Source: Ginkgo biloba (lineage: Eukaryota; Plantae; Ginkgophyta). Taken from it: 26,281 nt of DNA. The notes below the pieces were generated by a model that searched no databases, was not told where the DNA came from, and was given only the letters and a program-made list of their open reading frames with translations. The DNA lies in assembly GCA_024626585.2 (NCBI GenBank), contig JANKJI020000002.1, forward strand, positions 17,880,452 through 17,906,732. Reading direction: 5' to 3'. Within the stretch, counting starts at the first letter, position 1. Every line of letters begins with the position of its first letter. The position numbers and the translations under genes are program-made. Shown one piece after another: positions 23,987 to 26,281 of this stretch.

Positions 23987-25179
23987 GGATAAAACAAAAT
24001 GAAGAAAGCTCTTATTTCCCCATAATGGTCATCCTTATAAGGTTGGAATGCAAGAAAATGTTACTTGTTGAATTGCCTTTGATTATGTCTATGCTGGAAA
24101 AGCAAAGGTTATTACTTTTTGTCCCACCTCCCATTGCATAACATGTGCAACAAGAAGTCATAAATTACATGTTGAGTTGAATATCCGATCATAAACCAAA
24201 GACATAGTTGTTAAACTTCCCATCAAGAAAGTTACACATATGGTAACATAGCAATTGTTGTATGTTGAATTGAGGTCCCAATCTAATAGCAACTATGTGG
24301 CCAAATTGCTTGACGTCCATCTCGGGGAGAAATTTATGTGCCCATTAAAGTGCATCGATGGACAACTTGGGTAGATAGGTAAGTAACTGTTATTCAACAT
24401 GCTATGAGATACATCAAGTTGCCTGGTTATGTAATCAATCTTCCCATCAATGCACTCTGATGGATGCATATATTTTTCCCATTTTTTAACTCCATAAATT
24501 ATCCATACTCATAAAAAGTCGACCGTATTACCCCTATGCATCAAATCTACTAACAAATATTTTAAAATACTTTGAAAACCCATGGTAATTTTTGCACACA
24601 ACTTTTTTAAATAACTTATGAATAAATAGACTCATCCCCCATCTCTTGCCCCTCCTACCGTGGCCCCCCCTGGAAAAAAAATACAAAAACAAAAACAAAA
24701 TAATTTAAATCTNNNNNNNNNNNNNNNNNNNNNNNNNNNNNNNNNNNNNNNNNNNNNNNNNNNNNNNNNNNNNNNNNNNNNNNNNNNNNNNNNNNNNNNN
24801 NNNNNNNNNNNNCAAACCATACTTTTTTTTTTCCCCTAGCAATGACATAATTTGAGTTCCATATTTTGCAAGGAATGATGTACAAATTTACCCTTCTAGA
24901 AAGGTGGATAAGATTCCCTTTCTAATGTTCAAGTAAAAAAGTTCACAAGATAGTGAAAATCAATATGAATCATTCTACTAAAGATAGTGAACAGTGGAAC
25001 ACGTTGGGTGGTAGACCCCGGCATGGGTTCCACACCCCCAATACAATCGACATCGTCTTGGCCCCACTCATTTAGTTGTATATGACTTCAATGCCATTGT
25101 TGATGACCAAGACAACAACAACAGAGACAACACGGCAAGTTCCGTTTCAAATACGTTATCTACAAATTATTTTAATTTA

Positions 25180-25760
25180 AGAGAGATGTTGACACGTATG
25201 AGTCGAGTCAAGGGGGGACACGATGTTTTTTGGAAACCGTTCTAACATTCCCAACGTGCTCTTGGGCAATTTTATATTTTATCTTAAAACACAAACTTAG
25301 GGATAAAACAATTTAATAAAATCAAAATTTCCGTTGTTTGAGCCGCTCCACGCGAATTCCGCGTGGATGCGAGCAAGGATTAAGATTAATTCTACGTCAA
25401 TTAACGGAAGTCATTATATTTGAAATTTGTGGAAGCTGTGGACATATCGAGTCAAATAAAAGTCGTCAAGTACAAGTCCCAAGTCGTCAACAATTATTGG
25501 ATGTACGAAATGTTATGGTGTAACGTAAAAGAAGTTACAGTTTACACTAAAATATGCATTACAGCACCGAACCTGCTTCGGTCGAATAATATATCGATAT
25601 CTCGAAAAACACGACAAATTATACTGTTTTGTTTGTCAGGCGGATTGATTATTTGTCTCAGGCTCTAAGGATGCATGATGCATCTTCCAATGGGCGACGT
25701 ATTTCGGGTGGGATCGCTATAAATGGCGGTCTAAATTCTGTGGCCATCGCCAAAACAACC
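25180..25760 (+). promoter_or_regulatory. Putative Pol II promoter with stress/defence-type cis-elements
   Basis: CG-rich. AGTCAA (W-box) 25206-25211 and 25450-25455; inverted CGCGTG pair 25347-25367; CGTCA (TGACG on minus) at 25395, 25464 and 25485; CCAAT 25687-25691; TATAAAT 25718-25724. The TSS is expected near 25750. Confidence 0.65.
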
Positions 25761-25848
25761 GTAACTAACATTTCCCCTTAAAATTTTGTTACTGTTTCTA
25801 TTACACAATAATATATGCAGCGGGGATTTTGTCGCCACAAAAATTAAA

Positions 25849-25977
25849 ATGGAAAACTACTTTTTCATGGGCCTATCATGTGTTGTTTCTGTTTTTTCTG
25901 GATATGATATATATCGGGTGTTTGAGCTACTCGTATGGCGTTTTTGGGGTTGTGTATACTTTCATTTGCTTTATTAG
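25849..25977 (+). CDS. Candidate upstream ORF, 42 aa (MENYFFMGLSCVVSVFSGYDIYRVFELLVWRFWGCVYFHLLY)
   Basis: The ATG is in strong plant context aaaATGG, about 125 nt downstream of the TATA box. The stop TAG 25975-25977 abuts a donor-like AG|GTAATG. It could instead be T/G-rich intron sequence. Confidence 0.35.
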   Translation: MENYFFMGLSCVVSVFSGYDIYRVFELLVWRFWGCVYFHLLY

Positions 25978-26178
25978 GTAATGATGTGTGAATGATTCAT
26001 GGCTATGTGGGGATCCTGGGGAATATTTGGGCGATTGCTCTAGTTTTTAGGATGGCTTCTGACCATTGAAATCCAACAAACTGATAAAGCTAAGGTTGGA
26101 CATAATGGAGATCTGATGGGATTTGGATGTGTTGTTGAATGATCTACTGTGTGAATTTTTCAGTTTTTGCGGTTGCAG
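25978..26178 (+). other. Putative 5'-leader intron (201 nt)
   Basis: Donor tAG|GTAATG at 25978 and a T-rich 3' end gtttttgcggttgcAG at 26178. An alternative AG is at 26163 and an alternative weaker donor CC|GTAACT at 25761. Confidence 0.5.
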
Positions 26179-26281
26179 AATAATTCATATGGGTAGCTTC
26201 TGCCATAATATCCTGAGGGGTCTTCGTACTCCCGGCTTAAAGGATTGAAGTGTGGGGACGAGTCTAAAAAGAGGAGATGAT
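26179..26281 (+). other. Putative leader exon with a 19-aa ORF (26189-26248) and a candidate main start codon at 26277; the gene would continue beyond the window
   Basis: ATG 26189 gives MGSFCHNILRGLRTPGLKD*. The gagATG at 26277-26279 has a purine at -3 and an in-frame TAA four codons upstream, as is typical of a 5' UTR. Confidence 0.4.

Noticed and set aside
24290-24390. Perfect splice donor AG|GTAAGT at 24379
   Set aside because: The upstream frames I translated contain stops just before it and no matching acceptor or exon could be built.
25761-25820. 60-nt GT...AG mini-intron right after the predicted TSS
   Set aside because: It is shorter than typical plant introns and has a weak donor (CC|GTAACT). 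It is kept only as an alternative, which would remove the uORF-a start.
26246-26264. tgaagtgtggggacgagtc resembling miR395
   Set aside because: Only the first 8 nt match the recalled mature sequence and no fold-back partner is visible.

Overview
AT-rich eukaryotic genomic DNA from a fragmented draft assembly (18 N-gaps, 11 of exactly 100 N). It is almost certainly a land plant. A large-genome, heavily methylated gymnosperm-type host is inferred from the retroelement peptide motifs and from CG/CHG depletion. There is no prokaryotic operon, CRISPR array, rRNA or tRNA, and no complete protein-coding gene. About 1-24 kb is mostly decayed transposons: chromovirus-type Ty3/gypsy gag, a gag zinc knuckle and an integrase end with PPT and LTR; a non-chromoviral Ty3/gypsy reverse transcriptase; an L1 LINE 3' end; remnants of an extra retroelement ORF; and short tandem repeats. 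Three non-TE islands keep their CG/CHG sites: 13034-13360, about 22040-23130 and about 24990-26281. The last looks like a plant Pol II promoter (W-box, TGACG and CGCG motifs, CCAAT, TATA). It is followed by an intron-containing leader with up to three uORFs and a candidate main ATG at 26277, so the gene body probably lies just beyond the window. The best leads are this uORF-rich leader (a possible conserved-peptide uORF), the isolated stress-motif island at 13.0-13.4 kb and an orphan terminal-exon candidate at 22.4 kb. All family comparisons are from recalled motifs, not database searches.
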